A stretch of 64,000 nt of DNA from Phormidium sp. (lineage in GTDB: Bacteria > Cyanobacteriota > Cyanobacteriia > Cyanobacteriales > Aerosakkonemataceae): contig CP143273.1 in NCBI GenBank assembly GCA_051013385.1, forward strand, positions 928,001 to 992,000, read 5' to 3'. A program made the position numbers and the translations under genes. The notes beneath the pieces were generated by a model that ran no database searches, was not told where the DNA came from, and saw nothing but the letters and a program-made list of their open reading frames with translations. Numbering within the stretch: the first letter of the stretch is position 1; every line of letters starts with the position of its first letter. This document shows, in pieces, positions 10,312 through 20,100 of the stretch.

Positions 10312-10764
10312 ATGAATGTTATTGAATTAATCAAATCCGATCATCGCAAAGTCGAGTCTTTGTTCTCCGAAATGGAGAAGGCTAAAAGCTCTAAAAAAAT
10401 GCAGGAGTTGTTTGACCAAATTTACACTGAGTTAACTTTACACGCGAAAGTTGAAGAATTAACTCTCTACCCAAGTATGCGGAATTACGATGAAACTCAT
10501 GACATGGTAGAGGAAGCTGAAGAGGAACATACAGAAGCTAAGGTACTATTGGAAGAAATTAAATCTATGAGTCCTAGCGATCCTGATTTTAAAGCTAAAA
10601 TTGAGGAGTTAAAAGAGGCTGTTCAGCATCACGTTGAGGAAGAAGAAAACGAAATTTTACCTTCTGTCAGTGATAGCATGGATGAACAAGAAATGAAGGA
10701 ACTCGGTAAGGAGTTTCAAGAAGCTAAAAGCAAGTTAGAAACAGAGATTTCTGCTGCTAGTTAA
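10312..10764 (+). CDS. Single-domain hemerythrin (HHE) protein
   Basis: DHRKV, HAKVEE..LYP, EEH and HHVEEEE. GGAG precedes ATG 10312. Confidence 0.9.
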   Translation: MNVIELIKSDHRKVESLFSEMEKAKSSKKMQELFDQIYTELTLHAKVEELTLYPSMRNYDETHDMVEEAEEEHTEAKVLLEEIKSMSPSDPDFKAKIEELKEAVQHHVEEEENEILPSVSDSMDEQEMKELGKEFQEAKSKLETEISAAS

Positions 10765-10774
10765 TTAATGCCTC

Positions 10775-10894
10775 ACAAACCCGGTTTCTTCAAGAAACCG
10801 GGTTTGTTTGCTTTGCAATACACCCAAGAAACCGGGTTTCTTTGCTTTGTGCCTGCGACTGAAAGGTGCGTTAGCGAAAGCGTAACGCAACCTA
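10775..10894. repeat. Cluster of palindromic repeats (AAACCCGGTTTCTT family and a GTAG-type REP)
   Basis: ACAAACCCGGTTTCTTCAAGAAACCGGGTTTGT; AAGAAACCGGGTTTCTT; GGTGCGTTAGCGAAAGCGTAACGCAACCTAC (related copy at 3358-3388). Confidence 0.8.
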
Positions 10895-10938
10895 CAAACA
10901 ATATTCAACAAGTAGGAGAAATTGAGAGTTAAATTAGT

Positions 10939-11799
10939 TTAAGCGTTGACTACTTCGCCGCCATTGGGATGTAAGATTTGACCAGACATATAAGAAGAAT
11001 CATCTGATGCTAAAAATACATAGCAAGGGGCGATTTCTTCTGGTTGTCCAGCGCGTTGCATTGGTACTTGTTTCCCAAAAGTGGCAACTTTATCTTCTGG
11101 GAAAGTTGCGGGAATTAATGGTGTCCAAATTGGGCCAGGTGCGACACCGTTAACGCGAATTTTCTTTTCAACTAGGGATTGAGAAAGCGATCGCGTAAAG
11201 GCAACAATTGCTCCTTTAGTTGAGGAGTAATCTAGCAATTGTTGATTACCTTTATAAGCGGTAACGGAAGTAGTGTTAATGATGGCGCTGCCTTCTTTGA
11301 GATGCTTCAGAGCAGCTTTGGATAGGTAAAACATTGAGAAAATATTGGTGCGGAAAGTGCGTTCCAACTGTTCTGCGGTAATATCTTCTATGCTTTGTTG
11401 CGGATGTTGTTCAGCAGCATTATTAACCAAAATATCGAGTTTTCCTAACTCATCAACTGTCTTTTGTACTGCTGCTTGGCAGAACTTTTCATCGCCGATA
11501 TCACCTGCTAGAGTTATACACTTACGACCTTCTTGTTCTACTAATCTTTTTGTTTCGTTAGCGTCATCATGTTCGTTCAAATAGGCGATCGCCACATCTG
11601 CACCTTCTTTGGCAAAAAAGATCGCCACTGCACGACCAATTCCACTATCACCACCAGTAATTAAAGCTACCTTATTGCGTAACTTTCCACTACCCTGATA
11701 TTTGGCATCATCTGATTTTGGTTTCGGAGTCATTTCTGACTCAATACCTGGTTGTTGATTCTGATGTTGCGGTGGTTGTAATTGTTCCTTCGTTTGCAT
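10939..11799 (-). CDS. SDR oxidoreductase, general stress protein 39 (YdaD/YhdF-like)
   Basis: TGGDSGIG, NNAAEQ, YSSTK and APGPIWTPLIP. Confidence 0.93.
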   Translation of the reverse strand: MQTKEQLQPPQHQNQQPGIESEMTPKPKSDDAKYQGSGKLRNKVALITGGDSGIGRAVAIFFAKEGADVAIAYLNEHDDANETKRLVEQEGRKCITLAGDIGDEKFCQAAVQKTVDELGKLDILVNNAAEQHPQQSIEDITAEQLERTFRTNIFSMFYLSKAALKHLKEGSAIINTTSVTAYKGNQQLLDYSSTKGAIVAFTRSLSQSLVEKKIRVNGVAPGPIWTPLIPATFPEDKVATFGKQVPMQRAGQPEEIAPCYVFLASDDSSYMSGQILHPNGGEVVNA

Positions 11800-11972
11800 A
11801 CTATTCTCCTAGAGAATCCTGAAAAATTTGCACCCTAAATTGACAGCAACCCAAAACTAAGATTGTGCATTTTAAACTTGGAAAATAACCTACTAATTAC
11901 TAGTTTTATAGAGCGTTTATTACTTGCGATCGCTCTGAGGGAAACTTTAATTTCCTCACAAGTAGTAACTAA

Positions 11973-12093
11973 GTGGAGGAAGCGACAAAAACTCCACACC
12001 GCCCGTTAATCTTTGGCATTTTTACACCGTTTGTACATCTGCCGTCGCTCTCCTTCGATGTACAATAATGGGACACAGCGACAAAACTCCCAT
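11973..12093. ncRNA. Candidate structured RNA: three hairpins with complementary loops
   Basis: Hairpins at 11973-11997, 12031-12065 and 12068-12093. Loops 1 and 3 carry AGCGACAAAA; loop 2 carries the complement GTCGCT. Confidence 0.35.
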
Positions 12094-12189
12094 CCGATGC
12101 AAAATTCTGCACTCTCAGCTATGCTTCAGGTTAACAACTACCAATTTTTGCTTTATCAACCTACAGGTAGAAAACGCCAAAACTCTAAC

Positions 12190-13734
12190 TCAACCTTTGG
12201 TTGCATTACTAGTAGGAAGAGGTTTTTGATTTAAATCAGTAATTGGCGGGCCATTTAACACTTCACCCGTAGTACTAAAACGTCCTCCGTGACAAGGACA
12301 ATCCCAGGTTTTCTCCGCATTGTTCCAGTTAACAATACAACCAGCATGAGTACAAACAGGTGATAAAGAACACAAATTACCTCTTTCATCGCGGTAAACT
12401 GCATATTTCTTACCATCAATGTCCAGAATTTTTCCTTCTCCTACTGGAACTTCTGAAAGTTCTTTAACATCAGATCTAAACCTGTCAGCAATAAAATGTT
12501 TGGCGACACCCAAATTTTCCGTAACGAATCTTTGTACACCAGCTAAAAGATTTGCCCGGTTAGGATCGTAAACTTTACTCCAAGGATTTTCTCGACCTAA
12601 AATTAAGTCACTCAATAACATTCCGCCAATAGTACCGAAAGTCATGCCATTACCTGAATAACCAGTAGCAACATAAATGTTGTTGCTAGCAGCAGTTTTA
12701 CCAATGTAAGGCAAACCATCTGCGGGTTCATAATATTGAGATGACCAGTGATAATCGATCGACTCTACATCATAACGAGCTTTTACGTAAGTTTCTAACT
12801 CTTCGTAACACTGCTGATTATTGACTTCTTCTCCGGTTTTGTGATCTTCACCTCCAACAATTAAAATGTTTCCGTAACTGCGGGTGTAATGATAAGGTGA
12901 ATCTGTGTCCCAAAATAGCCCTACTGGTACTGGAGAACGCAATTTTACCCCAATTACATAAGAACGATAAGGGGCAATTTTGGTTGACATTACATATAAA
13001 TCTGGCAGACTTGAAAGGTTATGAATTGGTGTGTGAGTGGCAAGAATTACATTTTTTGCCGCTACTATTCCATGTTCAGTGTAAACATCATTAACCGGAT
13101 TATTTTTGATGTTAGTCACAGGCGTTTCTTCAAAAACAAAACTGCCGTAACTATTCACAGTTTTTGCTAATCCTTGTAAATATTGCAGGGAATTAAACTG
13201 TGCTTGATTGGGAAATAACAGTCCAGCTTTTACGGAAATTGGTAAGGGTACATCAGTAGTTAAGGAAGTGTTGATACCTAATTTCTGTGTTGCTTCTGCT
13301 TCTTGTTCTATTTCAGAAACGTCTTGAGTATTTTCGGTGTAAAGATAACCTGGTACTCTTTGAAAGTCGCAATCAATGTTTTCTTGGGTGACAAAATCGG
13401 CAATGCGATCGATCGCCGCCCGACTAGATTCCGCTACTAATTTTGCATCCTTCTCCCCCAAAGAAGAAATCATACTTTTGTAGCGTTCATCAGCAGCTTC
13501 GGTGATATGTGCAGTTGTATATCCAGTCACACCACTGCCGATTTTTCCTGCTTCTAAAACTGCCACAGTTAACCCTGCACGCTTCAACAATAAAGCAGCT
13601 GTTAACCCAGTAATTCCCCCACCAACTATAGCGACATCCACAGAAATGTTACCGCCTAAAGGAGGGAAATTTGTAGTTTCTGTGGTATCCATCCAAACAG
13701 ATACAGAGGTTCCTGGTAAATTCATTTGTTTCAT
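12190..13734 (-). CDS. FAD-dependent oxidoreductase with C-terminal Rieske [2Fe-2S] domain (YhfW-like)
   Basis: GGGITG FAD motif, DGLPYIG, and Rieske ligands CTHAGC and CPCHGG. Confidence 0.93.
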   Translation of the reverse strand: MKQMNLPGTSVSVWMDTTETTNFPPLGGNISVDVAIVGGGITGLTAALLLKRAGLTVAVLEAGKIGSGVTGYTTAHITEAADERYKSMISSLGEKDAKLVAESSRAAIDRIADFVTQENIDCDFQRVPGYLYTENTQDVSEIEQEAEATQKLGINTSLTTDVPLPISVKAGLLFPNQAQFNSLQYLQGLAKTVNSYGSFVFEETPVTNIKNNPVNDVYTEHGIVAAKNVILATHTPIHNLSSLPDLYVMSTKIAPYRSYVIGVKLRSPVPVGLFWDTDSPYHYTRSYGNILIVGGEDHKTGEEVNNQQCYEELETYVKARYDVESIDYHWSSQYYEPADGLPYIGKTAASNNIYVATGYSGNGMTFGTIGGMLLSDLILGRENPWSKVYDPNRANLLAGVQRFVTENLGVAKHFIADRFRSDVKELSEVPVGEGKILDIDGKKYAVYRDERGNLCSLSPVCTHAGCIVNWNNAEKTWDCPCHGGRFSTTGEVLNGPPITDLNQKPLPTSNATKG

Positions 13735-13874
13735 CCCAATATGTAAATTAGTCCTGTATCTGTGATAACGTTTATCCTGCTAAATAAGGATCGGTTAATA
13801 GGAAGAGAAACAATCTATCTTTTCGCAGATGTTGACTTGAAAGCAAAAATTATTTTGACAAATATATGTCAATT

Positions 13875-15383
13875 TTAAGTTAGTAATTCGGTATTTTCTT
13901 GAGCAGAAACTAAAGTATTGGCGCATAAAATACCGGAAGCAGCAACAGCGGGAACACCGATTCCCGGTAAAGTACTATCGCCAACGCGATATAATCCGGG
14001 AATAGGAGTATTGAAACTGGGAAATGTGCCTTTACCTGCGGCAATTGCAGGGCCATAAGTTCCCTGATATCGTCGTAAGTAATAGCTGTGAGTTAGGGGT
14101 GTGCCAATTAATTCTAAAACTATGCGATCGCGCAGGTCGGGAATGATTTTTTCTAAAGCGGAGAATAGGGATTGCGATCGCTCTTTTTTCCTCTGCAAAT
14201 AACCCTCATCTTTCTGCCAATTTGCGTAAGGTTCCAAAGTGTAAGCATGAACCAGATGATGTCCCTCTGGCGCTAAACTAGCATCCCAAACAGAAGGAAT
14301 AGAAATCATACAAGTATTCCCAGGTTCAGTAATATCTTTGTTGCGATCGTGAACAACCACATGATGCCCAGTTAAATTTTCTAAACCTGCTGCACGAATC
14401 CCCAAATGTAAGTGCATAAAGCTATCAACCGCCGGAGTTTGTAGGGATTTTTGCCGATAATCTGCTGGTAAATCTTCAGGACGCAATAACTTAGTGTAAG
14501 TATCCCAAATCGTCGCGTTAGAAATTACAATTCCTGCTTTAATCACTTCCCCATTTCGCAACTTAACGCCGCAAACTTTACCCGATTCTAAAAGTATTTG
14601 CTCAACATGAGCATTTAATTTAATTTGACCGCCCCAGCGTTCTAAACCTCTGACCAAAGCATCAACAATTGCCCCACTTCCGCCAATAGGATAATCAACC
14701 CCAATATTGTTTCTTTCTCCTAACATAAAAGCGACTTCTGGGGCGATCGTTCCTTCAGCTTTTAACCCAGAAAGTAAAAAGCATTCTAAATCAATTAATC
14801 TTCTCACCCAAGGATCTTTTACTTCTTGATTCATTACCTGACCAACGGAACCTTGAATAATTCCTAAATGGGGTAACAATTTGAATAGAGAAGGTAAATA
14901 TTTGACCAATAAAACCGGAATCATTTGTAAATCTGCCCTTAAAGCTATGGTTGGGATATCTTTTAAAGCTTCATAGAGAGATAACAAACGTTTTTCAAAT
15001 CTGGAGAGTTCGATCGCACCTTGCGGCGTAATTTTTGCTAATTCCTCTCGATAACGTTCCGAGTTACTATAAACCGGAAAAGTGCATTCAGGAAAATGAT
15101 AATGCCCTAAAGGATCGTAACTAATTGTCGGCAAAGATTCACCTAAAACCGCTAAAACTTGCCTTAAAGGATTCAGACTTTTTGGGTTATTTAAACCACA
15201 ATAAAAAGATGGGCCAGAATCAAAATGAAAACCTTTTCTGGTGAAACTGTGCGCTGCGCCGCCCGCTATGGCGTGACTTTCACAAATTAGGACTTTTTTG
15301 CCGTAACGTGCCAGTAAAGCGGCTGCGGTTAACCCGCCAATGCCACTACCGATTACGATTACATCTAATTGCTGTTGCTGCAT
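13875..15383 (-). CDS. Phytoene desaturase / carotenoid isomerase family FAD oxidoreductase
   Basis: GSGIGG, FDSGPS, GTPLTH and GDSTLPGIGVPAVAASG. Confidence 0.85.
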   Translation of the reverse strand: MQQQQLDVIVIGSGIGGLTAAALLARYGKKVLICESHAIAGGAAHSFTRKGFHFDSGPSFYCGLNNPKSLNPLRQVLAVLGESLPTISYDPLGHYHFPECTFPVYSNSERYREELAKITPQGAIELSRFEKRLLSLYEALKDIPTIALRADLQMIPVLLVKYLPSLFKLLPHLGIIQGSVGQVMNQEVKDPWVRRLIDLECFLLSGLKAEGTIAPEVAFMLGERNNIGVDYPIGGSGAIVDALVRGLERWGGQIKLNAHVEQILLESGKVCGVKLRNGEVIKAGIVISNATIWDTYTKLLRPEDLPADYRQKSLQTPAVDSFMHLHLGIRAAGLENLTGHHVVVHDRNKDITEPGNTCMISIPSVWDASLAPEGHHLVHAYTLEPYANWQKDEGYLQRKKERSQSLFSALEKIIPDLRDRIVLELIGTPLTHSYYLRRYQGTYGPAIAAGKGTFPSFNTPIPGLYRVGDSTLPGIGVPAVAASGILCANTLVSAQENTELLT

Positions 15384-15401
15384 ATCCTATCACTTACAGA
15401 G

Positions 15402-15453
15402 GTACGTTGTTGCGCTTTAGCGCTAATAAGAGCGCTAAAGCGCAACAACGTAC
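15402..15453. repeat. Palindromic repeat GTACGTTGTTGCGCTTTAGCGCT...
   Basis: Long inverted repeat. Second copy at 58795-58847 and a half copy at 44185-44210. Confidence 0.85.
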
Positions 15454-15506
15454 TTAGAAAATCCTTTAAGTATTATAAAATAATTAACAGCTTATTGGTT
15501 AACTGG

Positions 15507-16367
15507 TTAAAGTTTAATTGTGGAAACAATCCAACTAATTCCATCAATTAAATAGTAGGCTCCGATTAATATTAAAGCCAAACTACCAAGGTGAGTAATT
15601 TTTTCGGAATATTGCAATAAACCGCGAGTTTGTTTTGCTAAACCTGCGAACAAACTGGCGAAGAAAATTACTGCTGTGTAACCTATGGCATAAAAAACCA
15701 TTGCTAAAGTTGTTTGCAATTGTGAACCTGTAGCAGAGGAAGCAGCTAATACAGCAAACATGATCGGACTAGTGCAAGGAGAACTGACTAAAGCGAAGGT
15801 TAAACCCACACCATAAGACCCAGCAATGGGAATATTAAAGTTAGTTTGGGGCAATGGTAAGCGGATAATTCCTAATAGGGAAAGTGCCATTAAAATAATG
15901 AACAATCCCACAGATAACTGGACAAAACCTCGATATTTAAGTAAAATAATTGTGGCAAAAGAAGATAGTATCCCAAATAAACTGAGCATTGTTACTACAC
16001 CTAAAACAAATGCTCCGGCTTTGGTAAAAGCATCCCAGCGAGAGTTAATTTCACGGGTGCCAATGTAGCTGAGATTGATGGGAAGTAAGGAGAGAATGCA
16101 AGGAGAAATACTGGCAATTAAACCGCCAGCAAATGAGAGGGAAAATAAAATTAGGGGATTATTAGTATTTTGTTCGCTGAACCATTGCTGATAGCGATCG
16201 CCTATTCCGAAAACAAAATTGTCGATCGCTGCTGATATGCCATTTTCACTAAATAATTTACTGGCTAAGATTACTAGAATAGTGACCCCGAACAACGATC
16301 CAAATAAGAACCAACCAGAAAATTTAGGTTTAGTCAATTTTTCCGTAAACCATTTGCTGAGAGTCAT
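15507..16367 (-). CDS. ccdA: CcdA/DsbD-family disulfide-transfer membrane protein
   Basis: Two redox Cys motifs, SPCILSLLP and SPCTSP, with multiple TM helices. Confidence 0.85.
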   Translation of the reverse strand: MTLSKWFTEKLTKPKFSGWFLFGSLFGVTILVILASKLFSENGISAAIDNFVFGIGDRYQQWFSEQNTNNPLILFSLSFAGGLIASISPCILSLLPINLSYIGTREINSRWDAFTKAGAFVLGVVTMLSLFGILSSFATIILLKYRGFVQLSVGLFIILMALSLLGIIRLPLPQTNFNIPIAGSYGVGLTFALVSSPCTSPIMFAVLAASSATGSQLQTTLAMVFYAIGYTAVIFFASLFAGLAKQTRGLLQYSEKITHLGSLALILIGAYYLIDGISWIVSTIKL

Positions 16368-16370
16368 ATA

Positions 16371-16916
16371 TTAATTTCCTGAAGTCTTAAAGTTGCGAGG
16401 GCCAGAATAACCAGAAATATCAGCGAGTTCTTTTAAGGGAATACCACCTTCATATAATTTCCCATTAATTTGCCAGGTTGGTAAAGCTCTAATATTGGTT
16501 TTGTCGCAAAGTTCAGTTTGAGGGTTTTTCCCACGCGGATCGCATTCAACACGAATATTTGCTTTAATAATTTTGTCGCCTTCGGTGCCAAATTGTCGCT
16601 CTTGCCAATTACAAACGGTACACCAAAAAGCAGCGTACATTTTCGCACCTTTTTGTTTTAAATGATTTGCCAAAGCAACTTCTGGAATCACATTTGAATT
16701 CGCAGAATTTGCAGGAGATGCAGGTTTTTTAGTAGGAACTGATTTAGTTGTAGCTGAGATTGTTGGAGTTGCAGTTGGCGCTGTTTGAGCTTCTACTTTT
16801 TGGGACTCATTAGTGGAAGAACAACTAGAAACAAGCGCTACGGAAGCGACAATCGCTGTAGGTAGGCTAATTTTGACAAATTGCATGATTGTCATTGGTT
16901 TCATAGAGTTTGGCAA
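16371..16916 (-). CDS. Thioredoxin-fold (VKOR Trx-domain-like) putative lipoprotein
   Basis: MYAAFWCTVC, VECDPRG and PTW-x-INGK; lipobox-like LVSSC. The true start is probably a downstream ATG. Confidence 0.75.
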   Translation of the reverse strand: MPNSMKPMTIMQFVKISLPTAIVASVALVSSCSSTNESQKVEAQTAPTATPTISATTKSVPTKKPASPANSANSNVIPEVALANHLKQKGAKMYAAFWCTVCNWQERQFGTEGDKIIKANIRVECDPRGKNPQTELCDKTNIRALPTWQINGKLYEGGIPLKELADISGYSGPRNFKTSGN

Positions 16917-17100
16917 ATAGGATGAGCAGAAAAATCAGCAGTTATTATATGATTAATTTTCCAGCTTACAGCAGTTTTCCCACAGATCTACCTGTTTTAC
17001 ACATTTTTCCGAGTTTTTTTTTCAAAATCAGGAATCATTTTAAATTTATCAGGCGATCGCTCTATGATCGAAAGATGGAGAAAGTTCTTTAGCTTAAGTC

Positions 17101-20100
17101 ATGAAACGCATAGTTCTGATTGCTGGGTTTGAATCTTTCAACGCCCAATTGTACCGTAAAGCTGCGGATTTAGCTGTTGCACGCTGTCCTGAGTTGGATA
17201 TTCGGGTGTTTAGCGATCGCGCCCTAACCACCGAACCCGATAAAGTAGAAGCAGCATTACAAGGGGCAGATGTCTTTTTTGGCAGTTTATTATTTGATTA
17301 TGACCAAGTTTTGTGGTTACAAGAAAGAGTTAAAAACATTCCCATTCGCTTAGTTTTCGAGTCAGCATTAGAATTAATGAGTTTAACGCAAATTGGCGCT
17401 TTCAAAATTGGGGACAAACCCAAAGGAATGCCCAAACCAGTTAAATTTATTTTAGACAAATTCAGCAACGGCAGAGAAGAAGATAAACTCGCAGGTTACA
17501 TCAGCTTTTTGAAATTCGGGCCAAAATTATTAAAATTCGTCCCAGTACAAAAAGTCCAAGATTTACGCAACTGGTTAATTATTTACGGTTATTGGAACGC
17601 TGGCGGAACCGAAAATGTTTCCGCAATGTTTTGGACAATAGCAGAAAAATATTTAGGTTTAAAAGTTGGCGAAATTTCCCCACCAATAGAAACCCCAAAC
17701 ATGGGTTTATTACACCCAAATTACCAAGGATATTTCACATCTCCCCGCCAATATATTAATTGGTATCTTGTGGTGCAGGCATCTTGCCTGCCATTAGATA
17801 ATAGTGACAGGCAAGATGCCTGTCCTACAAATACAAATTCTTCAAAACCTGACAGGCAAGATGCCTGTCCTACAAATACAAAACCAATAGTAGGAATTCT
17901 ACTTTATCGCAAGCACGTTATTACCAAACAACCTTACATTCCGCAATTAATTCGCGAATTTGAAAAAGCAGGATTAACACCTTTACCAATTTTTATTAAC
18001 GGCGTTGAAGGTCATGTTGCGGTGAGAGATTGGATGACAACCGCTTATGAAACCGCCCAAAGAAAGCAAGGAAAAATCGAAACTCCTTCCTTATCAGATG
18101 AAGCAGTAGAAGTCGATGCGATTGTTTCTACTATTGGTTTTCCGTTAGTTGGTGGGCCTGCGGGTTCAATGGAAGCAGGAAGACAAGTAGAGGTAGCAAA
18201 ACGCATTTTAAGTGCGAAAAATGTACCTTATATTGTATCAGCACCATTGTTAATTCAAGACATACATTCTTGGACTCGTCAAGGCGTAGGCGGGTTACAA
18301 AGTGTAGTTTTGTACGCGCTTCCTGAGTTGGATGGGGCGATCGATCCCATACCCCTTGGCGGTTTAGTCGGAGAAGACATTTACCTGATTCCTGAAAGAG
18401 TAAAACGCCTCACCGGAAGATTGAAAAAATGGATTAACTTACGCCAAAAACCCCCAGCAGAACGGAAAATCGCCATCATTTTATATGGGTTCCCGCCCGG
18501 ATATGGTGCCGTAGGAACCGCCGCTTTATTGAACGTTCCCAAAAGTTTAATTAACTTCCTAAACGCACTCAAAGAACAAGGTTATACAGTTGGAGAAATT
18601 CCCGAAGACGGCGAAGAATTAATTCGCTTAGTGAAAGAAGCAGATACCGAAAAGGTGAGTCGTGAAGAATTTAATCAATCTAATAAAGTTCATGTCAACA
18701 CTTTAGAGAAATGGTTGGGATATCTATTAACAACTCGCATTGAAAAACAGTGGAAATCTCTCACCGAGACTGGAATCAAAACTTACGAAGACGAATACCA
18801 GATTGGCGGAATCCAATTAGGAAATATTTGGATTGGCGTGCAACCACCTTTAGGCATTTCCGGCGATCCCATGCGGTTAATGTTTGAAAAAGATTTAACG
18901 CCACATCCGCAATATGCAGCTTTTTATAAATGGTTGCAGAATGAATTTGAGGGGGATGCGATCGTACATTTCGGAATGCACGGAACAGTAGAATGGTTGC
19001 CCGGATCGCCATTAGGAAATACAGGATATTCTTGGTCAGATATTCTCTTAGGAAACCTCCCCCATCTATATATATATGCTGCTAACAATCCCTCAGAATC
19101 AATGTTAGCAAAACGGCGCGGTTACGGCGTACTAATTTCTCACAATGTTCCCCCTTACGGGCGTGCAGGATTGTACAAAGAATTAGTAACTTTGCGCGAT
19201 TTAATCTCTGAATATCGGGAAGATCCACAAAAAAATTACGTTCTCAAAGAAGCAATTTGTAAAAAGATTGTAGACACTGGTTTAGATGCAGATTGCCCAT
19301 TAGAAGAAGCAAGAAAATTAGGAATTGCCTTTACTCCTGAAAACGTGAGAATGTTTAGCGCTGATGTTTTTAATAATTACTTGGTGAAGCTTTACGAATA
19401 CCTGCAAGTTTTGGAAAATCGTCTCTTTTCTTCCGGTTTGCACGTTTTAGGAGAACCGCCAAACGAAGAGGAAATGGCATCTTACCTAAATGCTTATTTT
19501 GGGGAAGAAAGGACAGGTGAGACACCTATCCCACAACAAACAGAAAAATTGTGGGATAGGCATCTTGCCCGTGAGACAGAAAAATTGTGGGATGGGCATC
19601 TTGCCCGTGAGACAGAAAAATTGTGGGATGGGCATCTTGCCCGTGAGACAGAAAAATTGTGGGATGGGCATCTTGCCCGTCCAGAAGCTTTACAAATTCG
19701 GGATTTGTTGATGCAAACAACAGACGAACTAACTAATTTATTGCGGGGATTAAATGGTGAATATATTCCCCCTGCGCCAGGTGGTGATTTATTAAGAGAT
19801 GGTGCGGGAGTTTTGCCAACTGGGAGAAATATTCATGCTTTAGATCCTTACAGAATGCCTTCACCTGCTGCTTATGAAAGAGGGCGAGAAATTGGTCAAA
19901 AAATCATCGCCCAAAACCTCAAAGAAAACGGACAATATCCCGAAACAATAGCAGTAATGTTGTGGGGATTAGATGCCATTAAAACTAAAGGTGAATCTCT
20001 AGGAATTCTCTTAGAATTAGTAGGTGCTGAACCAATAAAAGAAGGTACAGGGCGAATTGTTCGTTACGAATTAAAACCATTAGCAGAAGTCGGACATCCC

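Noticed and set aside
19541..19680. 36-bp repeats as a CRISPR array
   Set aside because: The units are contiguous with no unique spacers, lie in frame inside a gene, and have no cas genes nearby.
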